Assembly: GCF_001194135.2 (NCBI RefSeq)
Contig: NC_068981.1
Location: forward strand, 167,671,245-167,735,244
Direction of reading: 5' to 3'
DNA from: Octopus bimaculoides
Lineage: Eukaryota
DNA: 64,000 nt
Shown here: positions 36,200 to 50,320 of the stretch, piece by piece
Numbering within the stretch: the first letter of the stretch is position 1
How the letters are laid out: each line of letters opens with the position of its first letter
The notes under the pieces: generated by a model
Databases searched by the model: none
What the model was told of the DNA's origin: nothing
Seen by the model: only the letters and a program-made list of their open reading frames with translations
Translations under genes and position numbers: made by a program

Positions 36200-36375
36200 T
36201 TCTACTCTAAGCACAATTTTTGAGGAGTGGGGCCAGTCGATTACATCGACCCCAGTACGCAACTGGTACTTAATTTATCAACCCCGAAAGGAATTTGAAC
36301 TCAGATTGTAAGACAGACAAAATACTATTAAGCATTTCTCCCGGCGTGCTAACGTTTCTGTTAGCTCGCCGCCTT
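36200..36375 (-). mobile_element. SINE family A, internally deleted
   Basis: gtcgattacatcgaccccagtacgcaactggtacttaatttatc...ggaatttgaactcag...cggcgtgctaacgtttctgttagctcgccgcc. Confidence 0.85.
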
Positions 36376-36647
36376 TGTGGATGAAATAATGAACTACCAG
36401 ATGTAATGCAGGCTTTTCCATGTGTATCTGAGCAGAAGTAGTTATTCTATGTACCACACTTCATTAACTTGACCAAATCCTCTTGATGGTTAGCATTTCA
36501 TAAATGACAATCGTCCCACATCAGTTGAAGAATCATATCACATCCATTTGTCCCGCTTGTCTCAACAGAAATCGTTGATCAGTGATGTACAAGAAAGACT
36601 TAGCACGACTAGAGTAAAGTACGTCCTTGCCAACCCACTCGTTACAA

Positions 36648-36688
<41 letters not shown>

Positions 36689-37324
36689 TGTATATATATA
36701 TGTATATATATACACATATATATGTATACATATATATACATATATATATATAAATAAATATATATTTATACACNNNNNNNNNNNNNNNNNNNNNNNNNNN
36801 NNNNNNNNNNNNNNNNNNNNNNNNNNNNNNNNNNNNNNNNNNNNNNNNNNNNNNNNNNNNNNNNNNNNNNNNNNNNNNNNNNNNNNNNNNNNNNNNNNNN
36901 NNNNNNNNNNNNNNNNNNNNNNNNNNNNNNNNNNNNNNNNNNNNNNNNNNNNNNNNNTATATATAACAGTTTAGCTACGTGTATTAAATATCCGAAGAAT
37001 TTACTGGTTTATAGTACATATATATATATATATTCTTTATTATTACTTATTTTCAAAACCTGTAAACGATTAGCTATAGTTTGAATGACATGCTATGATT
37101 CTCTTCCAAATACTAAATCACTTTCGGCTAGTGGCGTATTCGGGTTACTCTTGTTATGAATCGCTTGTATATGTGATTTTCACACATTTGAAAGTATTTT
37201 CATTGCTTCATTTACATTTTCAGATTTTTTTTATTACATTAACACTCTAAAGACATCACTTTGTACAAAAGTTCCAAGCATAATTAAACATATTTCACTA
37301 TTCTACTATGTACTCATCCAGAGA

Positions 37325-38670
37325 CACATTTCTGTTATCTGCTTGATTGGTTTTCACGGTTTCAGTTTTATTGATATTTAATTGTAAACCCTATATCATC
37401 AAGCTCGTATACATTTATGTGTATTTTCGGTGTTTTAATTCTCAGCAAAACAATGCCATCAGCATAATTCAAATCTGCTAAACCATGTCCATAAATTCTA
37501 TGAATTCCCCCTCTTTCTTCTTCAACTATTTCCTTCATTATGCAGCTTATTAGAACAGTAAACAAGAAAAGGAATAGAACACCTCATTGCAGCACTCCTA
37601 ATTCATTTAAGAGTATTTCTTTAGCGTACTAACCTATTGGATTAACATCCTTTCCTACAAACCATAGCAATGTAGTACTTTCCAAACTATAACCATATAC
37701 ATACCATCAAATACATTTTCAAGGTCAACAAAAGCCATAACCAAAGTCCGTCTGAATTCAACGCATAATGTTCTTGGTATCTAGTCACTAAAATCTCGCA
37801 GTTATCGGAACCCGATTTGTTCATCCGTTAGTATACTGTCCAATGAAATGCATACCCTCTTCAGTCCTTTGCTACTCAATATTCTATATCCACAAATGCA
37901 ACATACTCTGGGTGGGGTCCCTTTTTCCGGTATACTGTCACGTTACCGACCTTCTACTATTTAGGTATCCGTTCGATCTTCCATACATTGTGAAGCAGCT
38001 TCAATAATGCTCTTGCAGTTACGTACTTTCCGGTTTTAAGCATTTCTCTTGCAATTCCGTCTAATCTCCAAATCTTTTTCTTTTTAATTGCTCTACAGCT
38101 CCAGCTATTTCTTCAACAGTTATTTCATGTACAGACACTTCCAGCTCCTCATGAGGTTCAGGAATTACCAGAGCATTTCTCCAATTAAACGCCTTGTTCA
38201 TGACTATTAAAATGTTCTTTCCATCTTTCTTGGATGTTTATATCAGATGTTATTAGTTCTCCATTAATATTAAACACAAGTAGGCTTTTTTGATCTCTTT
38301 ACTTTGCCAGTAATCTTGTTTAATATTTCATAACATTTTCTGATTCCTATACAGCCTCTTGCATTAAGTAATTTATCAACTTCATCAACTTTCACTTCCG
38401 AGAATCTTCTTTTATCGCTTCTTGAGCACCTTTTCACTTCTCTATTGAGAGTCCAATATTTAGTTATTTCCACTTTAAAATCCATCTTATTCCCTCTTGT
38501 AATTTTAGTTAATTAAGATTTCATGGATTATTACATCAAGTTTTCTAGCACCAACTACTTTACTGCTTAGCTCTTAGTCTACAAAATTGTATGTTCCTTT
38601 GAGTTACTTCTTGGTATTTAACCTTCTACTGTAGATATCTGCACAGATCGTAGGTATGTATTCTTGGTCA
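37325..38670 (-). mobile_element. RTE-clade LINE, decayed RT region
   Basis: LNREVKRCSRSDKRR, MAFVDLENVFD, GVLQ*GVLFLF and LADLNYADGIVLL correspond to the RTE linker and RT motifs D.EKAFD, GVRQG and YADD. Confidence 0.8.
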
Positions 38671-39159
38671 GAGCTAGTATGGAGCTAAACAGCAAATACA
38701 AGAATACGACCACCCAGTAAGGAAACCTCTTTGTTGTCGCTCACCCTACTAGAAATAGCAGCTCATTACTATGCTATCATATCTTGCCGCAAAAAAACAA
38801 AAACATGTGAGAAAGGCTTCGAATAATGTAGTCCTAACTGCACTAGATTTGTCTACGACTGAAATACTTTTGATTATAGATAATAAATCTGCTCGAATAG
38901 GATTGATTTGGGGTTAAACACAAAGAACTACTACAAGACAACCTTTCATCCTTTCGGGGTCGATAATCGAAGTATCAGTTGAGCACTGGGGTCAATGCAA
39001 TCGACTTGCCCCATCCCCTAAAATAGCTGGCTTTGTACCAAAATAAAAAGCAATTATAGTTTAAGAGGGTGAAAGTTCTCCAGATATAGCGTAATTTTCA
39101 GGAAAATTAAAGGTTTAATCTCTCCGACATATTTGCACAGTTTGCATTATCTTTTTAAG

Positions 39160-39445
39160 GTGCTGGGGCACCACCTTAAAGTGTTTTAGTTGGACAAATC
39201 GACCAAAGTTATATGGTTTTTTTTTATTTATGTAAGGTACTTATTCTTTTGCCGAACAGATAAGTAACAGCGACGTAAAGAAACTAACACCGGCTGTTGA
39301 ATGCGGTGCGAGCTTCCACATCGTTTATAGTTTCCATCACAAGCCGTCGGCAAACCCGAGGATATAAGTAGAAGAGACTTGTTTGAGATGCCGCATAGTG
39401 GGCTTAAACCCGAAATCTCGTGGTTGCAAAGCGAGCTTCTTAAGA
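39160..39445 (-). mobile_element. SINE family B, degenerate near-complete copy
   Basis: gctggggcaccacctt...tacttattc...gccgaac...acaccgg...agtagaagagacttg...gcgagcttctta. Confidence 0.65.
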
Positions 39446-39809
39446 CCTCATGAATACGAAGCGAACTTCTTGAAAATTCAGCATTATATTACCAATATAT
39501 CGTTTTGGCATATAGCCATATCTTTGCATCTGCGAGTTAATTTTTTTCCGGAACTTTCTGATACTAGAAACCTTTCGTATCGCCAAAGTAATAATTACTG
39601 GTGACAAATAAGGTTGTTTGTAAAGCTTACAATTCTCACTTATTTTCTTTTTATTTCTCTCTTCCTGATTCATTGTGCTTTTTTCCCTTTCTTTTTTAAT
39701 AGCACGTGGTCCATCGTTATATCAGGTATAATATCTATATTAAATATCTATATTAGCGTTTACATTTATTATATGTATATGCACATGTGTGTGTGTATGT
39801 ATGTATGTA

Positions 39810-39863
<54 letters not shown>

Positions 39864-39871
39864 CGTGTGTA

Positions 39872-39904
<33 letters not shown>

Positions 39905-40286
39905 ATATATATATTTNNNNNNNNNNNNNNNNNNNATATATATATATATATATATGTATGTATATGTATATATATATACACGCACACATTTATATATCTA
40001 TATTGAAATCTGTAGTTATTATATCTATATTAATATCTGTTTTTATTAAGATATCTATATTAACATCTATATTTATTTTAATATATATGTTCTAGAATAT
40101 TGCGCATATACACATGCACACATACACATAAAATTGCTTATATAGATAAAAACATATATTTGTACGTTGATAGATATACACACATTTGCATACATTTTCT
40201 TTTTCTTAATGGAAGAGATAAAGCTATAATTAAAATTTACAGCTAAAGACACTGAAATTTATTTAAAGTTTATTCAAAAATTTATT

Positions 40287-40323
40287 TACAAATTCATTTC
40301 TGAATTTCTTCATCATCAGTGCA
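40287..40323 (-). ncRNA. Candidate minimal hammerhead motif
   Basis: Minus strand tgca-CTGATGA-TGAA(gaaa)TTCA-GAAA-tgaa-TT-tgta. AT-rich, so chance occurrence is not excluded. Confidence 0.35.
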
Positions 40324-42116
40324 GCTTTACGTGTTTAAATATATTTTTCTTAATTTATTTAAATGTGGAAGATTTAAGCTTCTAAACTTGAAATTTCACT
40401 TTGTTGATCCAACGTCTGTTAGCAGATAATTGCCTAATTTATTTTATATGACAACTTATCTAGGACGACCTCAACTCTTTGTATATTATTCTCTCCCACA
40501 GGCACGTATTTTCGCTGCAGTTCGGCGGAGCAGTTACCGACCTCGTATTTTTACCAGTGTGGCGAGTACTAAACTATTTGGCTCTAATTTGTGCTTTTAA
40601 TTATCGATATCATCCCCACCACCACCATCATCATAATCATCATCATCATCATCATCATCATTACCATCATTATTTTATAATTAGTAATTTCTTCCTTATG
40701 ATCACCATCATATCTGTTCACCGCTGTCGTTGTCCGTAGTCTCTGAGGTTTGTCAGTCCCATTTCATAATGAGACTAGCCACTCATCATACGCCTTCCTC
40801 CAAGTTTTCACACGGCTGGTGCTCTGAAACTTAGAGACAAATATTAGAAATATTTATTAATTACCATTGATAACTTCAACAGTAGCAGAAACAAGAAATT
40901 AATCAGTAAGATGACTGGCGGCAAAGGCATAGGGTCCGTCGAAACGACCTTATGGGTGTTGCACAGCATCACGCAGGCACCAAATAAACATTTGCAGAGA
41001 ACATAAAAATAGGGTTTGGTCGGTATAAAAGTCCGTTTTTTTCGGTACTTGACTGAAGAAAGATTGTCGACCAGACAATAATCTAGACATCATTGCTCCA
41101 CTTATTTCTCCTCTCTCCAGTAACAAATGCTACACACCTGAATTTATGACAATGTGAAAAAAGTTAGAGTAAAGCTAGAATACTTCAGCAGACTTTGGAA
41201 GGTGTGAAAGTCAGCGCTGTCCGCATTCAATAAGATTTATATCGTACGGCTTTTGTAACGCCACTGTTAGTATCAACATTTGATCTCCTGTGGAGATCTG
41301 CAACTTAGAAACCATGACTTGGATGATATTAATCCCCAATGGTAACTTTAACACTGACAAGCAGAAAAAGTGGGCAGCGGTGTATGGTCAGATAAAAAGT
41401 ATCTCACAGACAATACTTGTTAAACAGTAAAATGAGAAATGAGCACGTCACATGCGTATACAAAAGAGGAAATCGATAACTTAAGAGTAGGTGAAGAACT
41501 CATCAATATACAACAGTATCAGCTAGATCACAGAAAAACCCGACATATTGTATCTAATCGGAAAAGGTATTCATTTGTTCAAAATTCCAAGCCACTGCAC
41601 ATATACAGTAGTGAGTTAGCCTGCGAAACTTCTACTAGTGATTCCACCTGAGTGCTTCAGCTTGCGATCATGCCACGAATATTTAGATTTCCGAGAGCTA
41701 TATCAGCGAATAACTTAACATCTGATTAATATCCCTCTCTTTCTATATATATTATGATATGTAACATTTACTTCCAGGAAGCATTATGTGGCATTATTTT
41801 AGTAACAGTTTAACTCTTGTACTCATAATTCTCTTGTTTTTTTCCCCATTACGGTTCATCACGTGTTTCATTAAATTGTTTCATTCACCAATTCTTTACG
41901 TCATCCTTTATAACAAGGCATTATGCCACACAAACTGTATTGTTGTTTAAATTATTCTACTATTTTTTCTTTTCGTCTTATTTTTTAAAATATTTCTTTA
42001 ACGGTATAATTTACATATTCATTTGTGTGCGTGCGTACGCGTGCTTGTGTGTATGCATGCATGTGAATGCATATATGTGTATATGTATATGCACATATGC
42101 ACATATGCATATATGC

Positions 42117-42149
<33 letters not shown>

Positions 42150-42173
42150 TATATGCATATGTGTATGTGTATG

Positions 42174-42232
<59 letters not shown>

Positions 42233-42538
42233 ATGTGTGTGAGTGTGTGCGCGTGCGCGTGTGCGTGTGTATGCATGTATAGGATTCGCGATGCAAAGGA
42301 AAAGTCGAACTCAAAACATGATTGTATNNNNNNNNNNNNNNNNNNNNNNNNNNNNNNNNNNNNNNNNNNNNNNNNNNNNNNNNNNNNNNNNNNNNNNNNN
42401 NNNNNNNNNNNNNNNNNNNNNNNNNNNNNNNNNNNNNNNNNNNNNNNNNNNNNNNNNNNNNNNNNNNNNNNNNNNNNNNNNNNNNNNNNNNNNNNNNNNN
42501 NNNNNNNNNNNNNNNNNNNNNNNNNNNNNNNNNNNNNN

Positions 42539-42569
<31 letters not shown>

Positions 42570-43260
42570 CCCAAAGTTATATTTGAATCGGATTGTACTT
42601 GGGCATAACAATTTTAATTTAAAAAAAAATGTTCCAAACTCTTGGCCACAACTGTAGTTTATCCGTAACAATGAAACCGACAAAATGCATATTCGTATAC
42701 ATACATACTTACATACACATACACTTATGAAAACATATAAACATTCATATACAGAGAATGTATGTGCGTGTGTATGAGGGTCGTGGGTGAGCGCGCCTGC
42801 ATATTTCGATACACAAATATATTTTATTTATACATTTTCTTATTTTGCAAACTCAAATATGATTTTATATGCTGAATCTATCTGCTGATTTACGTGTTGG
42901 TCGAGCATGGCTGGGTTAGCCAATGAAGAGCACTTTTACTTCCACCATATTTTATTTGTCATTTGTGATTAATATTGACTTGTTTTTATCATAAATGTCG
43001 TCTGACGACGCCTAATATTGCACTGCACAGAAACTTCAAGTAGTAACAAACGGCTCAACCTATTGCATTAAAGACATTTTCCTATATGTATTGAGCAGTA
43101 TTTTACCGTTCATTACCACTACGTATGTTTATATGAATAAACCTATGTATAAATGTGTATATATGAATATGTGTGTGAATACGTAATATATGATATATAA
43201 TACATAACATAATTTAATATAATACGCACATACACACACGCACCTACAAAGTAAACAAAG

Positions 43261-43680
43261 AAATGTGCCGACTTTACCTATTTCTCTCTAGACTGAAAAA
43301 ATATGACGAACAGACTTAATAGATTTTCGACACTTATTGGGACTTGTTCAGAGGTGTCTACATCACTTAACCAAACGTAGAGAAACAAGTGGCCAATCCG
43401 TTTATATAAACATCAAAACGCGTAGCTTCAGAGAACTGAAACAACTAATCACTTATGTAATAAACACTTTATTCATTATCAGAGACTTTTCAACAGGGAA
43501 ACCCAGTCCGCACATTATCAAGGTTTGATAAATTATAAGTGAACTTACTTTGTAGATATACAAACATGTCAAATTTAATTATTTCTCTGTAGACTGAAAA
43601 AATTATGAACAACCTAAATCAATTTTCGACCCTTATTGGTGTCTCATCAGAAGTGTTTACATCACTTGATCAATGATATA
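43261..43680 (-). mobile_element. Tandem 299-bp-period repeat carrying two type I hammerhead motifs (retrozyme / PLE pLTR-like)
   Basis: About 115-bp homologous blocks 43261-43378 and 43562-43680; cores at 43351-43345 (CTGAACA, decayed) and 43650-43644 (CTGATGA); GAAA at 43328 and 43627. Confidence 0.7.
43608..43657 (-). ncRNA. Type I hammerhead ribozyme motif, near intact
   Basis: aacactt-CTGATGA-GAC(accaataagg)GTC-GAAA-AT(tg)AT-TT-aggttgtt; predicted cut between 43616 and 43615. Confidence 0.7.
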
Positions 43681-44067
43681 AACATATACGTATTTTTTTT
43701 TTTTTTTATGTGAAATTTTGAAGCAATGTAACAAAATTTGAAATGTGATAGATCTGAGATGAGGAAAATAATGCTATTAGTAAAAAATATATAGTTTTAT
43801 AGTTATTTCTTGTGACTTCTCTCTTCTTTGTCAAAGAGTGCATGAGCAAGATTGAGTAGATGGACGAACATCAAATTTTGTGAAACACAACTTTAACAAA
43901 GGTATATTTGGAACAGAAATAAGGAAATAAGAAAACGAAATAATAAAACTATATTTTCTTTTCTTTATAAATATTACTGTAAATCCCAGACTACCTCTGA
44001 TCTATGATAAAAGATGCTTTGGATATGACCATTTGTTTTATTTACCGAGATATTATGTGTAATGTGT

Positions 44068-44440
44068 GGAGGCGCAATGACCCAGTGGTTAGGGCAGCGG
44101 ACTCGCGGTTTCGATTCCCAGACCGGGCGTTGTGAGTGTTTATTGAGTGAAAACACCTAAAGCTCCACGAGGCTCCGGCAGGGGATGGTGGCGAACCCTG
44201 CTGTACTCTTTCACCACAACTTTCTCTCACTCTTACTTCCTGTTTCTGTTGTGCCTGTAATTCGAAGGGTCAGCCTTGTCACACTGTGTCACGCTGAGTA
44301 TCCCCGAGAACTACGTTAAGGGTACACGTGTCTGTGGAGTGCTCAGCCACATGCACGTTAATCTCACGAGCAAGGCTGTTCTGTTGATCGGATCAACTGG
44401 AACCCTCGACGTCGTAAGCGACGGAGTGCCGACAACAACA
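44068..44440 (+). mobile_element. SINE family D, complete tRNA-derived SINE with 13-bp TSD
   Basis: A box tgacccagtggttagg, B box ggtttcgattccc, (ACA)n tail; perfect TSD atgtgtaatgtgt at 44055-44067 and 44441-44453. Confidence 0.92.
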
Positions 44441-45330
44441 ATGTGTAATGTGTCCTTTTTAAAGGCAGTCGGTTGTAATTAGAGATTTCCTTTTTGATTT
44501 GATATATTTGGGATTTTGATTTTTGTGTTTGTATTTCGTGAAATTCATTTGGTTTCTAACATCAAACATTAACTATTATCGCTCTAATGTTCAAACAAGC
44601 ACTTTTTCCCTTCTATTAACATATCATTCTAGTTAAACTTCTTCTGTGCTTGCCATAGTTTTCGAGAAAAGTTATTAATATGTGAAGGCAGAAGGTGTTT
44701 CTTTTCACACTCATCTCTCATATAAATTTACGAAAGTTATTAATCAGTTTTCAACAAGTTTCTACTTCTAATTTGGAAGATTTTTTTTTTTACTTTCAAT
44801 AAATCTTCGGCTCACCTCAAATACCTGCTGTTAATTTTCTTTCAAAACGGGTTACTAGTAACTTAACTTTATTATTCTCAGGTAGTGGTAAATAAGCAAC
44901 TTTAGGTCAACGTGAAGAGTTGTAATAATATATTTATATACTGTCTCATTTTATATCCTTCGTAGCCTGTCCTTCCGTATAAATGGCTTGTGCCAAAATA
45001 TTTGAGTCCTATAAACTGGCTTCTCTTCAAGGCTATGAAGTACAGTTCTAATTATTTGCTGACTCTCTACAAATTTCGAATAGAATACACATACGAAAAC
45101 AGTTCATATATCTGGTACAATGGTTTTTCTACACGCTCAAACATCACAGACCTCATCTAGTAGAACATCTGACTTATTTACAAAAAAACTTTCTTACCAA
45201 CACACTTAAACTTCTTGCCCAGAGACGGTAGACGGTTTATCTTCTCGTTCCCTTTCTCTTCCTCTTCTCCTCTTCCTCTCCCTCCTTCTCTCTCTATCTC
45301 CTCCTCCCCCTTCTTCTCCCCTCTCTCTTT

Positions 45331-45395
<65 letters not shown>

Positions 45396-45403
45396 CATCT
45401 ATC

Positions 45404-45444
<41 letters not shown>

Positions 45445-46060
45445 NNNNNNNNNNNNNNNNNNNNNNNNNNNNNNNNNNNNNNNNNNNNNNNNNNNNNNNN
45501 NNNNNNNNNNNNNNNNNNNNNNNNNNNNNNNNNNNNNNNNNNNNNNNNNNNNNNNNNNNNNNNNNNNNNNNNNNNNNNNNNNNNNNNNNNNNNNNNNNNN
45601 NNNNNNNNNNNNNNNNNNNNNNNNNNNNNNNNNNNNNNNNNNNNNNNNNNNNNNNNNNNNTATATATCTGCATCTTCTGTTACTACAATGGCACCTGCCA
45701 CTGGAATTCTCTCTCATTCGCATTTTACTGAACCTAGATTACATTGATTTCATCAGTTTTAAGAGATTACGAATGCATTTGGACACTGCTCTTCCTTCTC
45801 TTGACGAAGCCATAATAAAATTGAAAACATGAAAACTGTCTGTATGTAGTTTGAAGGCCATGGCTAATTAAAACACTCTGAAGACCATAGCAGCTGTGAA
45901 TCAGCCACGTGGAGTTTGGGTGAATACGGTCTAGGATGATTATGTGTAGTAACACTAACATCTTAAATGTTGCGATTCAGGTTTTACCGGTGAAGATGTG
46001 AGATCATCAGGAGGTAAACAATGAGGACAAAACTGTTCTTTGAGATACATCAAAGTATGT

Positions 46061-46125
<65 letters not shown>

Positions 46126-47193
46126 TGGGGTAGTTGCATTGGTATAAGATAAGAGAAACGAAATATGGAAGAAGATCACAGATAGGCATTTTCGTCATCA
46201 GATTCACATGCCAGAAAGTATCAAATATTGTTAAAAGAAACCTATCCGTCATATTAGATTTCCCAGAGACACAATTTGTGTAGCCAATCTTATATACACT
46301 CAATGTCTTTGACAATTGCGATACATTAGAGAACTTTTAACTCTAGATGTCGTATATTATAGCCAAGAGAGCGATATATTTTCTTACAGGACCACGATAA
46401 TTGCGAGCCAACGCTGTGGCCTGTTAGAAATAGCGACTAATATTTTCTCAAATCACGTGCTACTCTACATATTGGGTGATGTAGTCCTAGATACACTGTG
46501 CTTGAAATAAAAACGAAATGCTCATGACTCGAACGTCTTTGATTGTAGATCAACTTAGTCAGAGCTTGCCAGGGTTAAGCAACAACAACAATAACAGTAA
46601 ATAACAACAACATCAACATCAACAACAGCAACAACGTCAACAGCTGCATTCTGTCTAGCTGCTAACTATAATTAATCCGCAGAAATCAAGCGACTGTTCT
46701 CAGAATAATTACCAATTCTACCTTTAACATAACTTTCACTCTCTCATTTGTTTTAAACAGTCGTAGAAAATATCCTACAGTTACGGAAAGAACAAGTGGA
46801 CCATTATCCATTTCCAAGGTTTTCATACTTTCCTGTGGAGAATCAATATTTAATCTCCAATTATCCTATTTCGTATGGAATTCCAATTTATTCTGTTTGG
46901 CATTTGATAATTTTGAATTATAAGTGAATTCCCTTTTCTTTTTGTAAAGATATTATGAAAATATTTCTTTGTTTTTAACCTTCGTCTGAAAGCCACATAC
47001 TGGAAATATTATATAAAACGTCTTTAAAAACATATTCATTATTCAGATGCATAGAATATTGAAAATATTAGATACATTATTATAATTTAATATTTAATGC
47101 GTAAATATGCTTACATACATACATGTATACATACATACAGGCAGATAGATAGATAGATAAATAGATAGATAGATACATACATACATACATACA

Positions 47194-47227
<34 letters not shown>

Positions 47228-48013
47228 CATACATACATACCATACCATAACATAACATATTGACGTTTCAAGGTTAAATGACCCCATTATCAGGATGTCA
47301 CATCGTAGAATTACCGTTGCAGTTTGTTTTCTATTTATGCATTCCAATTATTATTACTATCTTCCACTTTGGTGTAAAGATTGTGGCGATTAATAGATTG
47401 TCGCAAATGGATAATTTTAACGCATTTTCTATATATTGATTCTGACTCTTTGGCCTTGGGTAGTATTGGAATATCATTATAAAAATTTGTCGCTAATTAT
47501 TGTTTATTCAGTGGGATATTATATATAATATTCCATAATATTATATAACGGTGGTAATTATTTGAACAGTTACCGTTACAAGAACAGCATTAAGTTATAT
47601 TAAGTAAATGCATTGTGACACCATCTTGTTGAACATGCATTAATGACCTACGTGAAAATGTATCCATTCTTTCTGTGAATATTTCTATATCAATAATATA
47701 TCAATATCACGTTTAATCGAAATACGAAAGCTGTAAATTTTATTTAATCATATGAAGTCACACTAGCACATCACTTTTCCAAAGGTTAATAATGAATATG
47801 AAACAAGAGTGCTTTGTTAAGTATTTAAATATTATGGTTTGGTTAATTCTTTCTATTTGTGGGTTCTACGTTTAGATTTATGTGACCTTTAGTCATTTAC
47901 TTGTCGTCTACCCTTTAAAGATGTAGTATCAAAGCCCTCGAAAACTTGACTGTACATGTATGTATGTATGTATGTATGTATGTATGTATGTATGTATGTA
48001 TGCATGTATGTAT

Positions 48014-48960
48014 TCTTTTAATTATTTGAAATCTTCTTGCAAGGAAGGAGCTGTTTTCTAACAAAGACGCAGCACTCCCATCGTTGAAATGGAAGTAACA
48101 AAAAACAAATTCAGGTTTTAAACTTTAGAAACGTCCTGCATATTTTCACTATTCCATTCACAGATTGCATTGGTAATGTATGAAGTAGCTAGCCGATTTC
48201 TTTTCCTGAAAACCACAGCTTATGTAGATTGTCTGCAGAGATTTACTTTCAAAACCAAGTGCACCAACCATTATTGGTATAAATATGAATTTATAATCGA
48301 GATATAGAAACTGGATGTTTTGAAATAGTTGTCCGTAATTATCTTCTCTCACTTTGATTTTCAAAGAGATATTTACATCAACAGAGCAACTAAGCTCTAT
48401 GACGATGTATATGTACGTCTCTTCTACTTTTTTAATTATTATAAATCTTCCACTGAGGAGGGAGCCGGTTTCCAACAAAGATACAAGGCTCCATCTTTGG
48501 GATGTAGTTAACACAGACGAATTCACATTTGGAACTTGAGTAAAGTGTTGCAAATTTTTACTGTTCCATTCACAGATTGCACTTATAACGTACGAATTGC
48601 CGGTCGATTTCTATTTCTGAAAATCCCAGTTTATCCAGATTCTCCTTTAAGCATTTACTAACAAAACCTAGTGCTCCAATTATTATTGGTATGAATATAA
48701 ATTCATAGTCTGGATATAGAATCTGGAGTTTAGAAGCAGTTGTCCATAGATATCCTTTTTCTTTGATTTTGAAAGAGATATTTATATCTGCAGGGCATCT
48801 AACCTCTCTAATGGTACATACCTTTGCCTCTCTGTCCCAAACAACAATATTTGACCTGTTATGTCTACATTTCACAGATGGGAATATCCAACCAGTATTC
48901 CTTGAGTTGGTGTTTATGAATGTTTATCAACGCCGTGTATATAATGACTGCCATACCATC
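48014..48960 (-). mobile_element. Two head-to-tail 5'-truncated R4/Dong-like LINE 3' ends terminating in (TACA)n
   Basis: ORFs 48570-48875 (KCRHNRSNIVVWD...EVRCPADINI...FIPIIIGALG) and 48158-48553 (IELSCSVDVNI...FIPIMVGALG); minus-strand tail runs into (TACA)n at 47957-48013. Confidence 0.85.
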
Positions 48961-49838
48961 AAAATGATATAAAATTAACTCTCTTAATAATACTGATATA
49001 CAAAATACCCAAATTTCATATTGTAATTAATTTATACTTTATAATGTGTAACACATAACTTGTTTATAATAACCCGGCCTCGGTTCACTTAGGTGAGCTT
49101 CAGCTAGCAGCAACTGAAGCTTCAGCTATTTGCTAAAAGCATCGTTTTGAACAAAGATTCTGCAGTTATATTTTCTAACGAGAATCACAATTTGCGTAAT
49201 CCAATTGATATAAATTAAAAACCATTCCCAGTTTTAATACATTCGAAAAGTCTCTCGGGGTGCCGTAGATTACACAGAGCTGCATACATACGGAAGTGAT
49301 ATATGCTTTAGTAGAATAACGCAATGGTCGTTGCCCTATGTAGCTGTCAATATAATAACAATTTAAAATACAGAAGAAACAAGTAATACTCTATGTCGGT
49401 AATAACCGCTTGTGAAGTTACTAGATTTGAATTAGAGTCGAGAATATGTTTACTTCGAGAAAAAAACATTTTTCCTTTTTCGTAAAGTTAATTGTTTACT
49501 GTTTATAGTTACATTAACCTCATAACATTACTTTACATGCTCAAAACTAAGAGCTTTCAAAAATGCATTCTCATCGACGAAGAGCTTTTCTTAAAACGTC
49601 TATATTCTCGTTTTCCCATGATGTACGACCTTATCAAAATTTGCAGATTTCATCAATACTGAATTATATGTTACTACTGTAGCTAAATCGGAACTTTAAC
49701 TGCTGTGGATTCAAATTTAACTAGAGTAGGTTTTGATAATTTGGGATTTTGTTAACGTCTACATGTGCTTCATCTAGCAAGTTTAATCAACTCAGTTTTT
49801 CGACTCAGTTTTTCGAAACGCACACAAGTAGATACACA

Positions 49839-49878
<40 letters not shown>

Positions 49879-50108
49879 NNNNNNNNNNCAAACACACACA
49901 TACGTACACATACAAACACATATACACACAAACACACACACATACAAGCACACACATACTCACACGTGCACATAAGTATACACACACGCAAGCAGCCTTT
50001 TCTCTATAATTCAGCATGTCAATTCGGCAATTTTATGCCTAGTTACGCAATACTTTAATACCTCCACCGACAACACCATCGACACCACTACCTCCATTAC
50101 TACTACTA

Positions 50109-50203
<95 letters not shown>

Positions 50204-50320
50204 GGCGAGATCAATGCTTAACGAAATCAATATACCAGAAACAAAGTCACCTGAAGTTAATTATTCAATATAGCTTGTACTTGATTACATAGGTATGTAT
50301 GTATGTATATATATATATAT

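Noticed and set aside
46510-46540. gctcatgactcgaacgtc resembling an HHR half
   Set aside because: Aligns to the body of SINE family F; no core.
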